Notes: a model not told the origin generated them from the letters alone. 62,085 nt of DNA, filler included, from 9 parts of 9 records of this genome joined end to end with filler, not necessarily neighbours in it, one strand, 5' to 3'; positions 21,825 to 32,945 are shown, counted from the whole stretch's first letter. Translations and numbers: made by a program.

Positions 21825-22075
21825 AGCTCCACTTCCGGAGCAGTCATATAGAACACTCAGAAACTTCCGGTCGGGAGCAGTGTTACATTCTAAAACGACA
21901 GGTATTCAACATTAGATAATTATGATCTTATAGATCTAGACGAAAATCAATGCAATAAAATTAATAAGAGGCGCCTCGCAGAGCTCTACCGTACTTTACT
22001 AGTACAGTACTTATGTATCGATAGCTGCAGACCTAGGCTCGTGTATCTTCTGAGTCTTCATGCATGGTAACCGGT

Positions 22076-23455
22076 CTAATCATTGTTCGTGAACGCATGA
22101 GTCTTTTGTATAATTTGTGTCTCCACGTTTTCCATTTGTGTCTTCGCCGGTTCGAGGTATCGCCGCTGTGCGCTTTCCATTCGTTTCTTCACTGGTCCGC
22201 GGAGAACCACAGGTGCAGGGGGCTTGAACCCGCTGCCGGTTGGAGAGCCGGGGGATTGCTGCTCTGCTTGGTCCGGCGGAGTGTGACGGACCAATCCCTT
22301 AAATGTCTTATTGAAATGGTTCTTGATCCCATTGTCGGTTCGGCCCGGCAGCTCTTTCGAGATTGTTGCCCACTGGTTGCCATGCGTAGCGTGTGCACAG
22401 AGAAGTATCTGGTTCTCTTCGGGCGTCCAAGGGCCCTTATTGATTGTGGGGTCCAACTGGTTGTGCCAGCGCTCGCGGCACTGCTTACCTTTCCGTCCAG
22501 GCAGCAGTCGCTCGAGTTTGGACCACTTGGAAGGTCCATACTGTTCCACGTGGGTTCGGATGATCGCTTCCTCGTTGGGCAGCCACTTCATTTTCTTGGT
22601 CTGGCTCTTCCTGCTCGCTAGATAGACTACGGGCCCTGCCGGCGCTGCAATCAGTGGCCCTGCCCCACCTTGCACAGCCTGCGGTCCTAATTGCTCAGAC
22701 GGACAGTCGGCTGGATGACCATTCACTGATTCCTCAGCCGCTGGAGGATCAAGCAGCGCCTCGTCGGCCCAAGGCTGCTCCACTTGCAGGGACGGTAGCG
22801 CGGTCGGGCGAACCATCTCACTGGCACAAAGTTCGACGATCGCAGCCTGTTGTCTCTCCCAAGCCATCGAACCCGGTGGTCGGAGCAGCTGCTGCCCAAA
22901 GCCATACATCGTCATCCCCGCAGCAACCATCCCCGGTCCGTCCGAGCCGCCCAGCGGCGGCACCCACTGGCCTAGCGCACCCGGCCGAATGGGCTGCGGC
23001 GCCCAGGTCGGACAGACGTGCTGTCCTGGGCACAGAGGCATTCGGCCGATCTGTGGGCTCGCCGGCACGGGCAGCCCAGCCGTCCCGTCCCCGTCAGCAA
23101 CCTCGGCCAGGATCTCAGGCGCATCCAGTGGCCGATCGCTCTGCTCACCCAGGCCAGCCTGCTGGATCGGCTCCCGCGGTCGTCGAGGCTTCTTGCTGGT
23201 GGCGTCCAGCTCCGGGACTGGAACGCTGCTAGCCCGCTTGGCGCCACCCCCCACTGCCGGCGGATCCGCAGTGGGCGAGCCGTTCAGGGGCGGTGCGGCG
23301 TTGGGGATCTTGGAGAGCCCCAGACTGGCGGTGTCGCCCTGCTGCGCCTGCTGGGCCAGGAAGTACCGCACCTCTGGCGGCATCCTGTCGGCGAACGCGG
23401 CCTCCTGCCCGGCCAGCTCGAGAGCCCGGTCGGACTCCGCCGGCGGGCAGTCCAT
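22076..23455 (-). CDS. R2R3-type MYB transcription factor with repeats near the C-terminus
   Basis: KWLPNEE...GRKGKQCRERWHNQLDPTINKGPWTPEE...GNQWATISKELPGRTDNGIKNHFN. Confidence 0.92.
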   Translation of the reverse strand: MDCPPAESDRALELAGQEAAFADRMPPEVRYFLAQQAQQGDTASLGLSKIPNAAPPLNGSPTADPPAVGGGAKRASSVPVPELDATSKKPRRPREPIQQAGLGEQSDRPLDAPEILAEVADGDGTAGLPVPASPQIGRMPLCPGQHVCPTWAPQPIRPGALGQWVPPLGGSDGPGMVAAGMTMYGFGQQLLRPPGSMAWERQQAAIVELCASEMVRPTALPSLQVEQPWADEALLDPPAAEESVNGHPADCPSEQLGPQAVQGGAGPLIAAPAGPVVYLASRKSQTKKMKWLPNEEAIIRTHVEQYGPSKWSKLERLLPGRKGKQCRERWHNQLDPTINKGPWTPEENQILLCAHATHGNQWATISKELPGRTDNGIKNHFNKTFKGLVRHTPPDQAEQQSPGSPTGSGFKPPAPVVLRGPVKKRMESAQRRYLEPAKTQMENVETQIIQKTHAFTNND

Positions 23456-23574
23456 CACGCCGGCCGGCTGCACTCACTAGACTCACTAGACGGCGACGAG
23501 CGGTTTCGTCAACCGCCAGACGTTGAGATCGCTGAAGCAAGCACTGCACAGGGTGGGGAGAGGGCGGGCCAGAG

Positions 23575-24312
23575 ATGCCGGCGCGTGCATTCTGCCATAT
23601 TGACGGCCGTCCGGCCCCGTGCGTCCAGTGCGAGGCGGGGGACGGCCGGAGCTGGGTCCGGGCCGGCTGGATGCGGCTGACGGTGCGGCAGGTGCCAAAC
23701 GGGCGAGGTGGCTGGAAGCTCGAGGAACGGGCAAGCCGCTCGGCCCGCCCGCCGAGCCGCGAGCGGCGGCGCGAGCGAAGCACCCGCCGACGACGGGATC
23801 ACTCGAGTGACGGGGAGTACGCAGCCCAGGCGGAGCGTCCGCCGCAGGCCGCGCGAGCGCCGGAGCCCAGAGCCGCAAAGGAGTCGCGAGGCGGGCGAAA
23901 GGGTGGGTCCTTGGTAAGCTGGTCCTCGGACGAGTCGGGGGGCCGGGACGGCAAAGCACAGCAACAGCACGCAGATAAAGACAGCTCGAGCGGGGACGAT
24001 ATGATTACAGGATTTAAGAAGCTCCACCGGTCTGTCATGCAAGGTGCTGACGATGTGCAGACGGCCCAGAGGAAAGCGATGACCACCAAGAAGACGACGA
24101 AGACGACGACGAGGAACCAGTCCAACGCCGGCTCAGGAGGTGACCCGCCGCCTCCGTATAAGGAGGACACGCCAAAGTCCAAGAAGACAACTTCGAAGGA
24201 GACTGTGCACTGGGAGCTGAAGGAGGGCGATCTCGGGGGCAAGAAGGGCTTCAGGGACGATGACTGGGGCGCAGGCAAGACCCACTCCACCGCGGCCAAC
24301 AGGTTATTCTAA
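23575..24312 (+). CDS. Hypothetical charged low-complexity protein with an N-terminal C/H motif
   Basis: 245-aa ORF starting FCHIDGRPAPCVQC. Probable in-frame 36-nt intron near 23656-23691. AT-rich spacer after the stop. Confidence 0.55.
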   Translation: MPARAFCHIDGRPAPCVQCEAGDGRSWVRAGWMRLTVRQVPNGRGGWKLEERASRSARPPSRERRRERSTRRRRDHSSDGEYAAQAERPPQAARAPEPRAAKESRGGRKGGSLVSWSSDESGGRDGKAQQQHADKDSSSGDDMITGFKKLHRSVMQGADDVQTAQRKAMTTKKTTKTTTRNQSNAGSGGDPPPPYKEDTPKSKKTTSKETVHWELKEGDLGGKKGFRDDDWGAGKTHSTAANRLF

Positions 24313-25023
24313 GCTGGTGCCGATCATGATTGTGCGCGCCTTATTCCCGGTGACAGAGACTAATGTTAAGTGTCATAATTGTCATTTAATATAATGTCAT
24401 GATTGAGCACACGTGTACGAGTACGAGTAGGGCTAGTAGGGCCGTAGCATGCATTTCGATTCCTCCCGCAAGCTCGTCTGATTAAATCGCGAGGAGCTTT
24501 CGTTAAAAATGGCGGTTGTGGCTGGGATTGGCGAAAGCCAAGTGATCATGAGGCGCGCGGGATTCCGATAAGGACCCATCCGTAGAGATCACCAGATTGT
24601 CTTCAACAAGATCATCGAAAAAGGGCCACAGTGGACCAGCGACGGGCAGCTCTTCGCCAACGACAGGTTGGACGGCAAATTAATGGTTCGGCTGGACCCA
24701 GATACAATATCTTCGGCGTGCGTTGCGCGTCACCGCCTGCTGCACTACAATCATTGAGACCGGGGCGCGGTACACTCTACGGTCTCAAGTTCTATCGTCG
24801 GCAGTGCCACGGTTGCCCAATGGGTAGCTCGTTGTCGCCGCCAAAAGCTCCGGTTGTTTGCAGCCCACCCGAGGCCGCCTGACTTAGGGAGGCGAGGGCC
24901 CACAATCTTATGTTGTTCAGCGCGGCTGCTACAGGCGGCGCTCAAATTACTCAGGCGGCCTGAGCAAAATCGACAACAACAACCGATACGGTTGGGATTT
25001 CTGCGCATCAGCGAAGCAGCCAG

Positions 25024-25547
25024 ATGTTGCGCCTGGCGGCAGCCGCACTGGTCGTGGCGCTGTGCGTCGGGGCGTCACTCGACGAGCATGCCGGGAGCAC
25101 GCAACAGCAAGGTGCCCCCCCGCGCGGGGCCCGGGCTGAGCCTGGCGGGCCCAGTGCGCGATCTGCTCAAGAGCGGCCCCCACATGACCCAGATCCGGCA
25201 GTTCGCCCAAGACCGGCTGGCCAGCTCCATGCACGACTTCTCGGTCGCCCGACCCGAAGCAAGGGGCGGCCGTCTGACCGCCCGGCGTCAGGCGAGTTCC
25301 GACCGGGGGGGCGACGCTCAGTTCGAACGACTAGTGGCCTCCGTCTCGAGCCAGGTGCGGAGCGGCAACCCGCAGGCCAATGCGCTGGTGTCGCGGCTGG
25401 TCAAGGACGCGGTCCAGGCATCCGCTCGGCGGCGGGGCCCCGCGAGCGGCGGGGGGTCAGGCCGAGATCCTGAGGCGGCACCATAACCCGGGCGCGGTGG
25501 CCAGCGAGAACACCGCGGGGGGTGCAAAGACACGCGACACCGCCGAG
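25024..25547 (+). CDS. Secreted hypothetical protein, multi-exon, 3' truncated
   Basis: Signal peptide MLRLAAAALVVALCVGA. Short GT-AG introns link it to VRDLLKSGPHMTQIRQFAQDRL. Confidence 0.55.
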
Positions 25548-25648
25548 NNNNNNNNNNNNNNNNNNNNNNNNNNNNNNNNNNNNNNNNNNNNTTAATTAAT
25601 TAANNNNNNNNNNNNNNNNNNNNNNNNNNNNNNNNNNNNNNNNNNNNG

Positions 25649-28600
25649 GCGCAGCCAATCGAGCAGTACAGCTGGGGTGCTGATGGCGTGAACAGCACTT
25701 GGCAGCCTCGACCGCGGGTGAGTCCAGCAGTGGATCACCACTTGCCCAGCAAGGCTCATAGTCCAGAGAGGAGAGAGCCCACAGGCGACACCGATACAGA
25801 GCTGAGTGAAGACGAGCCACCTCGAGTGGACCACGGCCAGCCAGCAAGTCTGAGTGACGAGGACGACTCGAGTGGCGATGAAGCATTTGGAAGTCTCATC
25901 CGGGTGCGAGCCAAGCGGCACGTACTAGAGTCGCAGGACACCGAAGACGAAGATATGGTCGATGCTGATGCGCCCGTGGCTGAGATGATGCAGGTCGAGG
26001 ATAGTCCCTTTGAAGACAGCCCTGTTGAGGATAGTCCTGAAGAAGTTCCATTCGACCTGCATCTCAACAGCTCAACTGCCGAGGAGGAAATCTCCGAGAC
26101 AGAGAAACAGATTCGACTGGATGTAGTCGATGGTGTGAAAACCTGGGATGCCGACAAGGTGGAGCAGGCTCTCGCTGGGCTTGAGGGCGAGGCTAGAGTC
26201 CGAGCTGCAGAGCAACGGATGCCTGAGGATAATGGGACCAGATTCCATCTGCTGCATCACGCAGCCGACTATGGGAACGCGAGACTGTGCGAGGTGTTGA
26301 TTTCAGCGGGTGCGAGCGCCAATATGAAAGCAGCAGGCCAGTCCGCGCTCCATATTGCTGCTTTTAATGACAACGTCGAAGTCGCCAGAGTGCTGCTCAA
26401 AGAGGGCAGGTCGAAGGCCACAATAAGCGACAGATACCTGGCGTCTAAGCAAGTGGGGTTCACTGCGCTCCATTTTGCGTGTGAGGGTTCAAGAAGTCAA
26501 GTTGCCACCTGGGCAGAGATGCTGCTCGATGCTGATGCGGATCCTAATGTCCGTGATACGGAATCACACACGCCCTTTCACGTTCTGGTAGCGCGGCATT
26601 CACCCACAGACAGGAGAAACCCGGAGCAAATCTTGAAAGCAGGCGGTCTGATGGTTAGCAAAGGTGGCGACCCCACAGCTGAGGTCTACCTCACGGGCTA
26701 CCGACTCAACAGCAAGCGGCACCCAGTCAAGATTGCTAAAATCCCCGAAGTGAAGCAGTGGCTGGAGCAGCAGGCCAAGGAGTGGAAGCGCAACGGAGGC
26801 AGGCCTGCACAACAACCTGCTATCCGGACAGAGCATGCCCCCATGGTGGAAGATCCTCTCCATGGAGAGCCTGTGGGCCTGACGCACCCAACACCAGCAG
26901 AAGAACGTGCTTCACCAGGCGCGATCGCGCACGCTGCACCTGTTGCGCCCGGTTCAGCGACGGACGCAGCGGGGGAACGAGCCTCAGCCGCAAAGGCGGC
27001 AAGCCCTGCCCAAACGAATCTGCAAGCGTTGTCGCCATCGGTTCCAACAGCATCGCGGATTCATTTGTCACAGGAAACGTTAGCGAATGGAGCTCCCGGA
27101 GATTGTGAATCCAGTGCGCGAGACCCCGATCAAGCCAGACCTGCAGGCGCACCTGCCACCAGCATGGCAAGGGCTGGTCAACTTGAAGTGAGCCCTCATG
27201 AACTCCAGTTTGCCGTCAAGGTTGGGGAATGCTCGCAGCAGCAGATGTTGCTGCACAACCTCGGCGCCCAACCGATTGCATACAAGATCAAGACCAACAA
27301 CGCAAAACTTTACGTAGCCCGACCTAACCAGGGCGTCATAAAATCCAAGGAGCGAGCCGCAATCCAGGTGACAATGGGAGAGCTGGATCAGATGCCGACA
27401 GAGAAGTGCAAAGATATATTTGTCATTCAATCGACGGTATACTTGGGCGACTTCCCAAGGACCTCGAGCAGCGACGAGCGGTTCAACTGGCGGCAGGAGA
27501 TTACAGATAAGATGCCAAACGCGGTCCCTCAGGAGTGCAGGCTCAACTGCGTGTACTTCTTCAATGTGGACAATAAGGCCGCCCCTGAGGCATGTGAGAC
27601 TGTGGCTAATCTCGGCTCGCCTGGAGGGGAAGTCATCTTGGTCGGCGAACAACCACAGAACAAGCCTGATCTGGCTGTTCAGCCAGCTTCCACCGATTCT
27701 CCGGGAGGCGAGATCTGTGTCATATGCCAAAATCCAGCAAACGGCGAGAAGCTCTACTCGTATCCTTGTGGCTGCAACCACCAGCTTCATCCAGCGTGTT
27801 TCAAAAGATTATACGAGCATCCCAAATGGCGCCGAAAATGCCCGGTGTGCAAGAAAGAAGTCAAAATACCGCTGGAGACGAGGATGGAGTTGAACAACTT
27901 GGCCGAACAACCTTCACCCCAGCAGTGCTCAAGACCAACCAAACCGGAGCCAGAGGCACGGCAGGGTCAGGCTGAAGACTCGGACGATGAAGACGCCATG
28001 CCTCTTGGGGAACTGCACCCCGCTCAACAGCTACCACAAATTGTTAAAGACAATGACGTCGAGCGGCTTAACAAAGCACTAGATCGCTTAACTCCTGGCG
28101 TTGAGGCCGCCAGGGCTTGTAACCAGTTGGTTCGAGTCGCAGTCAACGGAGAAGAGGAAGAGCTCACTCTGTTGCAGGCAGCTGCTCAACAGGGTAATGC
28201 CGAAATGTGCGAGGCTTTACTCAGCGCCCGCGCTGATCCAAATGATAAAACTGGTGACCAAACCGCATTATACATTGCTACTTACCATTACAACCTGAAA
28301 GTTGCCCAGACTCTGCTGAAAGACAGCCGCACAGCCATGACTATCAATGACGCATGGGGCCGTTACGCCTTCTCAGCTCTCCACTTGGCATGCGAAACAG
28401 ACCCCGGTCGCAGTGGATTAGCCGATGCCAGGGTAGCTTCGAATGGTCCTGCTCGTGTGGAGCTGGTGCGAGCTCTTGTTGAAGCTGGGGCTGATGCTGG
28501 CAAGCAAGACTTAGACGGGGACCAGCCGCTCCACATTGTTGCTGCCACCACGAAGAAGAACCACAAACTGCTGGGCGGCTCTCAAACCGAAATATCTCCC

Positions 28601-29188
28601 TGTATCAAAGAGATAATACTAGTTCTGCTCCAATATGGCGCCAGCCCATGTACAATAAGGAAAGCTAAGTGTACAGAGGGTACCATGTATTGCTCAAAGG
28701 GCTTGACCCCGGCTCGAGTCGCTCAGGTGAGTAATAGCCACGCGTCGATCAGAGATTTCTTGCAAGACAAATGGACAGAATCCATGGCAGCTGCATTGCC
28801 TGCTATGACTGCTGGCAACCGGCAAAAGGAGCTGGCTAGCATGTCGGACGCACACAGGCCTGCAGTCTTGGCTGCCATGTCAACAATGGAGAAAGCTCGC
28901 AAGATGAAGAAGATCAAGAAAGCGAGCATTGTGCAAGCGCCACATAGCGAGCCGCTAGCAGATGTGAAGCAGAATGTCCCGCCCGCTCTGAAGACTAAGC
29001 TGCAGCCACTAGGCAAAGAAACGCCGCATCAAACTCCACAGCCGACACAAAGTTCAGCAGACCAAGTACAAACCAAAGAGTACACGCCAGAAGTGCGAAG
29101 CGCTGATGAGAAGGCCACAGCTTCGAACATCGATGCAATGTATGACGAGAGCAGTGACGATGATCTCGATGGTGTTCATGTATTTTAG
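25649..29188 (+). CDS. Ankyrin-repeat / MSP domain / RING-H2 / ankyrin-repeat protein, 5' open
   Basis: ANK block LLHHAADYGN...SALHIAA...TALHFAC. MSP domain LEVSPHELQF...IAYKIKTNNAKLYVARPNQGVI...KDIFVIQS. RING CVIC...CGCNHQLHPAC...CPVC. A second, homologous ANK block follows. Confidence 0.88.
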   Translation, partial: AQPIEQYSWGADGVNSTWQPRPRVSPAVDHHLPSKAHSPERREPTGDTDTELSEDEPPRVDHGQPASLSDEDDSSGDEAFGSLIRVRAKRHVLESQDTEDEDMVDADAPVAEMMQVEDSPFEDSPVEDSPEEVPFDLHLNSSTAEEEISETEKQIRLDVVDGVKTWDADKVEQALAGLEGEARVRAAEQRMPEDNGTRFHLLHHAADYGNARLCEVLISAGASANMKAAGQSALHIAAFNDNVEVARVLLKEGRSKATISDRYLASKQVGFTALHFACEGSRSQVATWAEMLLDADADPNVRDTESHTPFHVLVARHSPTDRRNPEQILKAGGLMVSKGGDPTAEVYLTGYRLNSKRHPVKIAKIPEVKQWLEQQAKEWKRNGGRPAQQPAIRTEHAPMVEDPLHGEPVGLTHPTPAEERASPGAIAHAAPVAPGSATDAAGERASAAKAASPAQTNLQALSPSVPTASRIHLSQETLANGAPGDCESSARDPDQARPAGAPATSMARAGQLEVSPHELQFAVKVGECSQQQMLLHNLGAQPIAYKIKTNNAKLYVARPNQGVIKSKERAAIQVTMGELDQMPTEKCKDIFVIQSTVYLGDFPRTSSSDERFNWRQEITDKMPNAVPQECRLNCVYFFNVDNKAAPEACETVANLGSPGGEVILVGEQPQNKPDLAVQPASTDSPGGEICVICQNPANGEKLYSYPCGCNHQLHPACFKRLYEHPKWRRKCPVCKKEVKIPLETRMELNNLAEQPSPQQCSRPTKPEPEARQGQAEDSDDEDAMPLGELHPAQQLPQIVKDNDVERLNKALDRLTPGVEAARACNQLVRVAVNGEEEELTLLQAAAQQGNAEMCEALLSARADPNDKTGDQTALYIATYHYNLKVAQTLLKDSRTAMTINDAWGRYAFSALHLACETDPGRSGLADARVASNGPARVELVRALVEAGADAGKQDLDGDQPLHIVAATTKKNHKLLGGSQTEISPCIKEIILVLLQYGASPCTIRKAKCTEGTMYCSKGLTPARVAQVSNSHASIRDFLQDKWTESMAAALPAMTAGNRQKELASMSDAHRPAVLAAMSTMEKARKMKKIKKASIVQAPHSEPLADVKQNVPPALKTKLQPLGKETPHQTPQPTQSSADQVQTKEYTPEVRSADEKATASNIDAMYDESSDDDLDGVHVF

Positions 29189-29574
29189 CTGAAAATTACC
29201 AGGAGAGCATCTTTGCCGCAACTTGACGTAACTTCCACCCCCTGACAGCACCCAAATAGACCAACATTAGAACCAAATATAAGGACCAATAATAGCCCCA
29301 ACGTACAAAGTACATGTACATGACATTGTAGCGTACGTAGAGCTAGGCTAGACTGGAACTAGACTCTACCGATAAATGTCAAAACGCCCTACATTGTACA
29401 AGTAATTATGTACTCATGATGGTAGTACAAGTAGATAAGTATACAATCCTAAGTACCCCTAGAGTCTGGAGTACAACTAACACGTCTGACATGATCGTAC
29501 TCGTACAATATCAGCCTTGTCATAATCAATCATGACATTATATACGATCCTTTAGTCGTTACATGCAATCCATT

Positions 29575-31245
29575 CTATCGCTTGGCAGGTGGCCCCGATG
29601 GCTTGTCTGATTTCGTCACTGAGTCGGCCGGGAACGCCACCAAGGCAAGACCAGACCTGGCTTTAGGCATGGACCGCAACGTGAGCCATCCTTGCTGCGT
29701 CGGAGTCCATCGTTCGAATGTATTCAGAGGCTTGGTTCCGTCCGAGCCTCCACAGACGTAGATGTCGGACCCGTTGGCAATTGCTGCCCCTGCCGAGCGC
29801 CTTGCACCCTGCATTTGGCCGTTGCCTAGCGGCTTCCATCTCCCGTCGCCAAATGAGTGCTGCCTGCCAATCCAACTGCAACCATGCTTTGCAGTGCCTC
29901 TATGCTCTCTCGTGGCCGCAGCCGCAGCACGAGGGTCCGGTTGTCTGGAAGCATCACCGTCACTTGAATCATCCGTGTGGCCTCCGCCTGCGCCCGCCGC
30001 TCCCGACCCAACTGGGCCACGTCCTTGGGCGCCTCAATAAACCGCAGGTGGATCTGCAGGAATCCTGCGTTTAGCCTCCCGTTGATGAGTGAGACAGACA
30101 TTGTTGATCCAGTCAGCCCACTGGTGAGCGCCGACTGCACGGCCGTGTCTAGCTCGACGGTACCCGTGCCTACCACCATGTCGAGCGGGCTGCTCTGCAA
30201 CCCGGTGGACAGCACCCGGATCACAATGCCCTGCTCCTGGTTAGGCCTCGGCCTTCGGAGCTCGAGCGCCAACTGCTGTCCTGTCTTGCCCCACTTTGGA
30301 TTCCCAGTGCGGCAGCGGGCCACCGCAGTTTGCAGCAGCTGATCGCCCAGCTGCACCGTGGCCCGGAGGCACCGCTCCTTCCCGAAGCTCTGCGGCCCAT
30401 AAGCCGGTATATTGTTCCCTTCGAGCACGCTCACCACTAGCTTTCCACGAGCTCCCGCTGCCCTGACCGAGGCCTCGTTCTCCACCCGCCAGCGCTCGAG
30501 CTCCTTGCCGGCCCACCCACGCCCGGCCCAGTCTTTACCGGGCAGCTTGGCGTCATCGGCCACAGTCAATCTGAGCAGCTCATGTCCAATCACTCCGTAG
30601 TCTGCCAACATCGCCTCTGGCTCGAACACAGCTCCAGCCAAGTTGATCAGCTGCAGCCGGGCCGGCACGCCAGTGGCCCGCTCCAGCTCCCGCTGGAAGC
30701 TCCGCACAGACCCTCGCGGGCTTACCGGCACAGTCAGTGTCCGGCCACTGGGGACGGCCACGCGCATGTTGACTGGCCGCGGCCGTGGGACCGGGGCGGG
30801 ACGGGGCATGAACTGGGTGACCAGCTTGGCCCGGGCCTCGACAGCCCCGTTGGGCACGCTGAGCGGCACCCAGCGCTCGATCTTGCTCAGCGAGTCCATC
30901 AGCTCGAGCACACTCATCCGGCCCTGGGCGATAAACTCCTCCGGCCGGCCGTCGGGGGCGTCGTGGACCGAGAGCTGGAGCTCCTGGGCCCCCGAGTCGA
31001 GCTCGAGCACAAACTCGTCCTTGAACACCGCTATCGGGCCGGACGGCTGCTTGGTGCGCGCAGTGACCTGCGGGGCCCGGTCAGTGGCCGCGGACGGAGG
31101 GCGGCGCCTTGCGCTGCTGGCCGAGCTGGAGGATGAGCACAGGTTGGAGTCCGCCGGCCAGCCAACGGTCCGGCAGCCCGCGCAGCTCGCATGCCCGCAC
31201 CACCAGCGTGCCATGCGACTGAGCGACTGCCGTCGGGCTCAGCAT
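29575..31245 (-). CDS. C2 / ubiquitin-like / C2 / partial ubiquitin-like / Kelch-repeat tail; the Ubl-to-Kelch junction is anomalous
   Basis: GTLVVRACELRGL (C2), GC-AG intron 31068-31107, Ubl VAVPSGRTLTVPV...LADYGV, second C2 GKLVVSVLEGNNIP, Ubl start IQVTVMLPDNRTLVL, then Kelch IYVCGGSDG...FERW...W...MPKARSG in another frame. Confidence 0.7.
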
Positions 31246-31300
31246 CGCAAGGGGTGCCCGCAACACTTTGGGCAAATTTAATTACAAATTCGTTCACAAA

Positions 31301-32245
31301 ATGGTGCAGCGCGTGGAGGAGGAGCGCGAGGAGGAGCGCTTGGAGGCTCTCCGGGTGCAGCGCGAGGAGGAGGAGTCGGTGCGCGCCGCGGAGCGGTCGG
31401 TGCTCGGGGACGAGCTGAGCCAGCTGCTGGCCGGCCGTAAGGAGGCCGAGGCCGCCAAGCTCTCCGCCGAGCAAGAGCTGGCCGAGGCCGATCGGGCGTC
31501 CGAGCTGCGCCGGCGGGAGGAGACCGCGGACGAGCAGCGGCGGGCGCGTGAGGCTCGGATGAAGGCGGAGGTGGAGCAGGCGGCCCGGGAGAAGGCGCTC
31601 CAGGTGTCCCGGATGGTGGAAGAGACCAAGCAACAGCTGAGCTCCGGGGCCGAGAGGGTGCGCGCTCGCCGGCGAAAGCACTCGGCTGGGCAGCGGCTGC
31701 GATGCGAGAGCCTGATGAGCGCGATGCACCAGCTGCAGGAGGGCGGGCTGCAGACGCTGGTGGAAGAGGATCAGGGAGTCTCGTACAAGCTCGAGCGGTA
31801 TAAGCGCCAGCTCTCCCAAAGCAGACAGGCCCAAGCCGGGGCCGATAGCAAGTCAGGGGCCCGGGCGTTGCTGGCGCGGATGGCCAGCCAGCCGAGCGAC
31901 CCAGGATCACTGATCACGTCCAGTCCGGAGCATATCAAATCCGGGGCCCGGGCGTTGCTGGCGCGGCTGACTACCGAGCCGGGTGAGCCGGAGTCGTTGA
32001 TCACGATCGAGCGCGAGCCGCCGGCAGATACGCGAGAGGACCGGCCCAAAATGACTCCGGCGGAACGGCTGAGGTCAGGGCTGGGCCTTGATTCGGAAGG
32101 AATCAGCGAAGCTGATGAGGCAGTAGCCTATGCGTGTGTGGAGCAGGAGTTAGCAAGTGAGGAGCCTGCAGAAATTGAAGAGGCTTCTGCTTCATCGGGC
32201 GAGGTGTCGGCAGCAAGTGAGGAGGCCACAGCGGCTGCGGAGCCT
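31301..32245 (+). CDS. Coiled-coil protein, 3' truncated
   Basis: E/R/A-rich heptad sequence with an internal 29-aa repeat, KSGARALLAR..PG.LIT twice. Confidence 0.65.
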
Positions 32246-32345
32246 NNNNNNNNNNNNNNNNNNNNNNNNNNNNNNNNNNNNNNNNNNNNTTAATTAATTA
32301 ANNNNNNNNNNNNNNNNNNNNNNNNNNNNNNNNNNNNNNNNNNNN

Positions 32346-32700
32346 ATCCATTCTGGCAGAGTCCATCGAGGCATTTTCCCTGGACACAACAAACTGCCCT
32401 AAGCCGCTACCAAGCCTCGGCTCGAGAGGGGCAGTCTCACCTGATTGAGGCAAAGTTTGTGAGTCGGGAAAGGTTCTGGTCCGATACACGGAGTGATACA
32501 TTCCTGGGGATTGCTGCACACGTCTCCAATGTTGCCCAGACTGCATTTGTTGTTGACACACAGGCCTTGTACAGGCGCCCTCACAGTAGTGGACGCCTGT
32601 TTCACTGCAATAGCCGTAATCGGGAGCGGCGTCGCCACTTAGCCCTTGTGCGATAGCGCAATCTCTTTCACTCGCAATGCCTTCGTTCGACGATCCGGAG
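32346..32700 (-). pseudogene. Frameshifted Cys-rich repeat gene fragment
   Basis: Cys-rich segments (GYCSETGVHYCEGAC / QGLCVNNKCSLGNIGDVCSNPQEC / CCVQGKCLDGLCQNG) lie in different frames with no consistent splice solution and no ATG. Confidence 0.4.
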
Positions 32701-32945
32701 GCCGCCGCCGCCGCCAAGGCTTCGGATGCGGAGATCGACTGGGTGAAGCGTACAGCAGCGTGAGAATACAACAACACAATTAATACGTACTGTATTTAAA
32801 AAAAGGCATACGGCACAGCACTACAATCATGACATTATAGTTGACACAGCAAGCATAGCTATGATGATTGTGATTGTATTAGTCATGTATGTACAAAATC
32901 ATGGCTGTCACTATAATAGTCACTATAACATTACAACTACATGTA

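Noticed and set aside
24500-25000. Possible small gene between the 23575 and 25024 genes
   Set aside because: Only short ORFs with no recognisable motif or consistent splice model.
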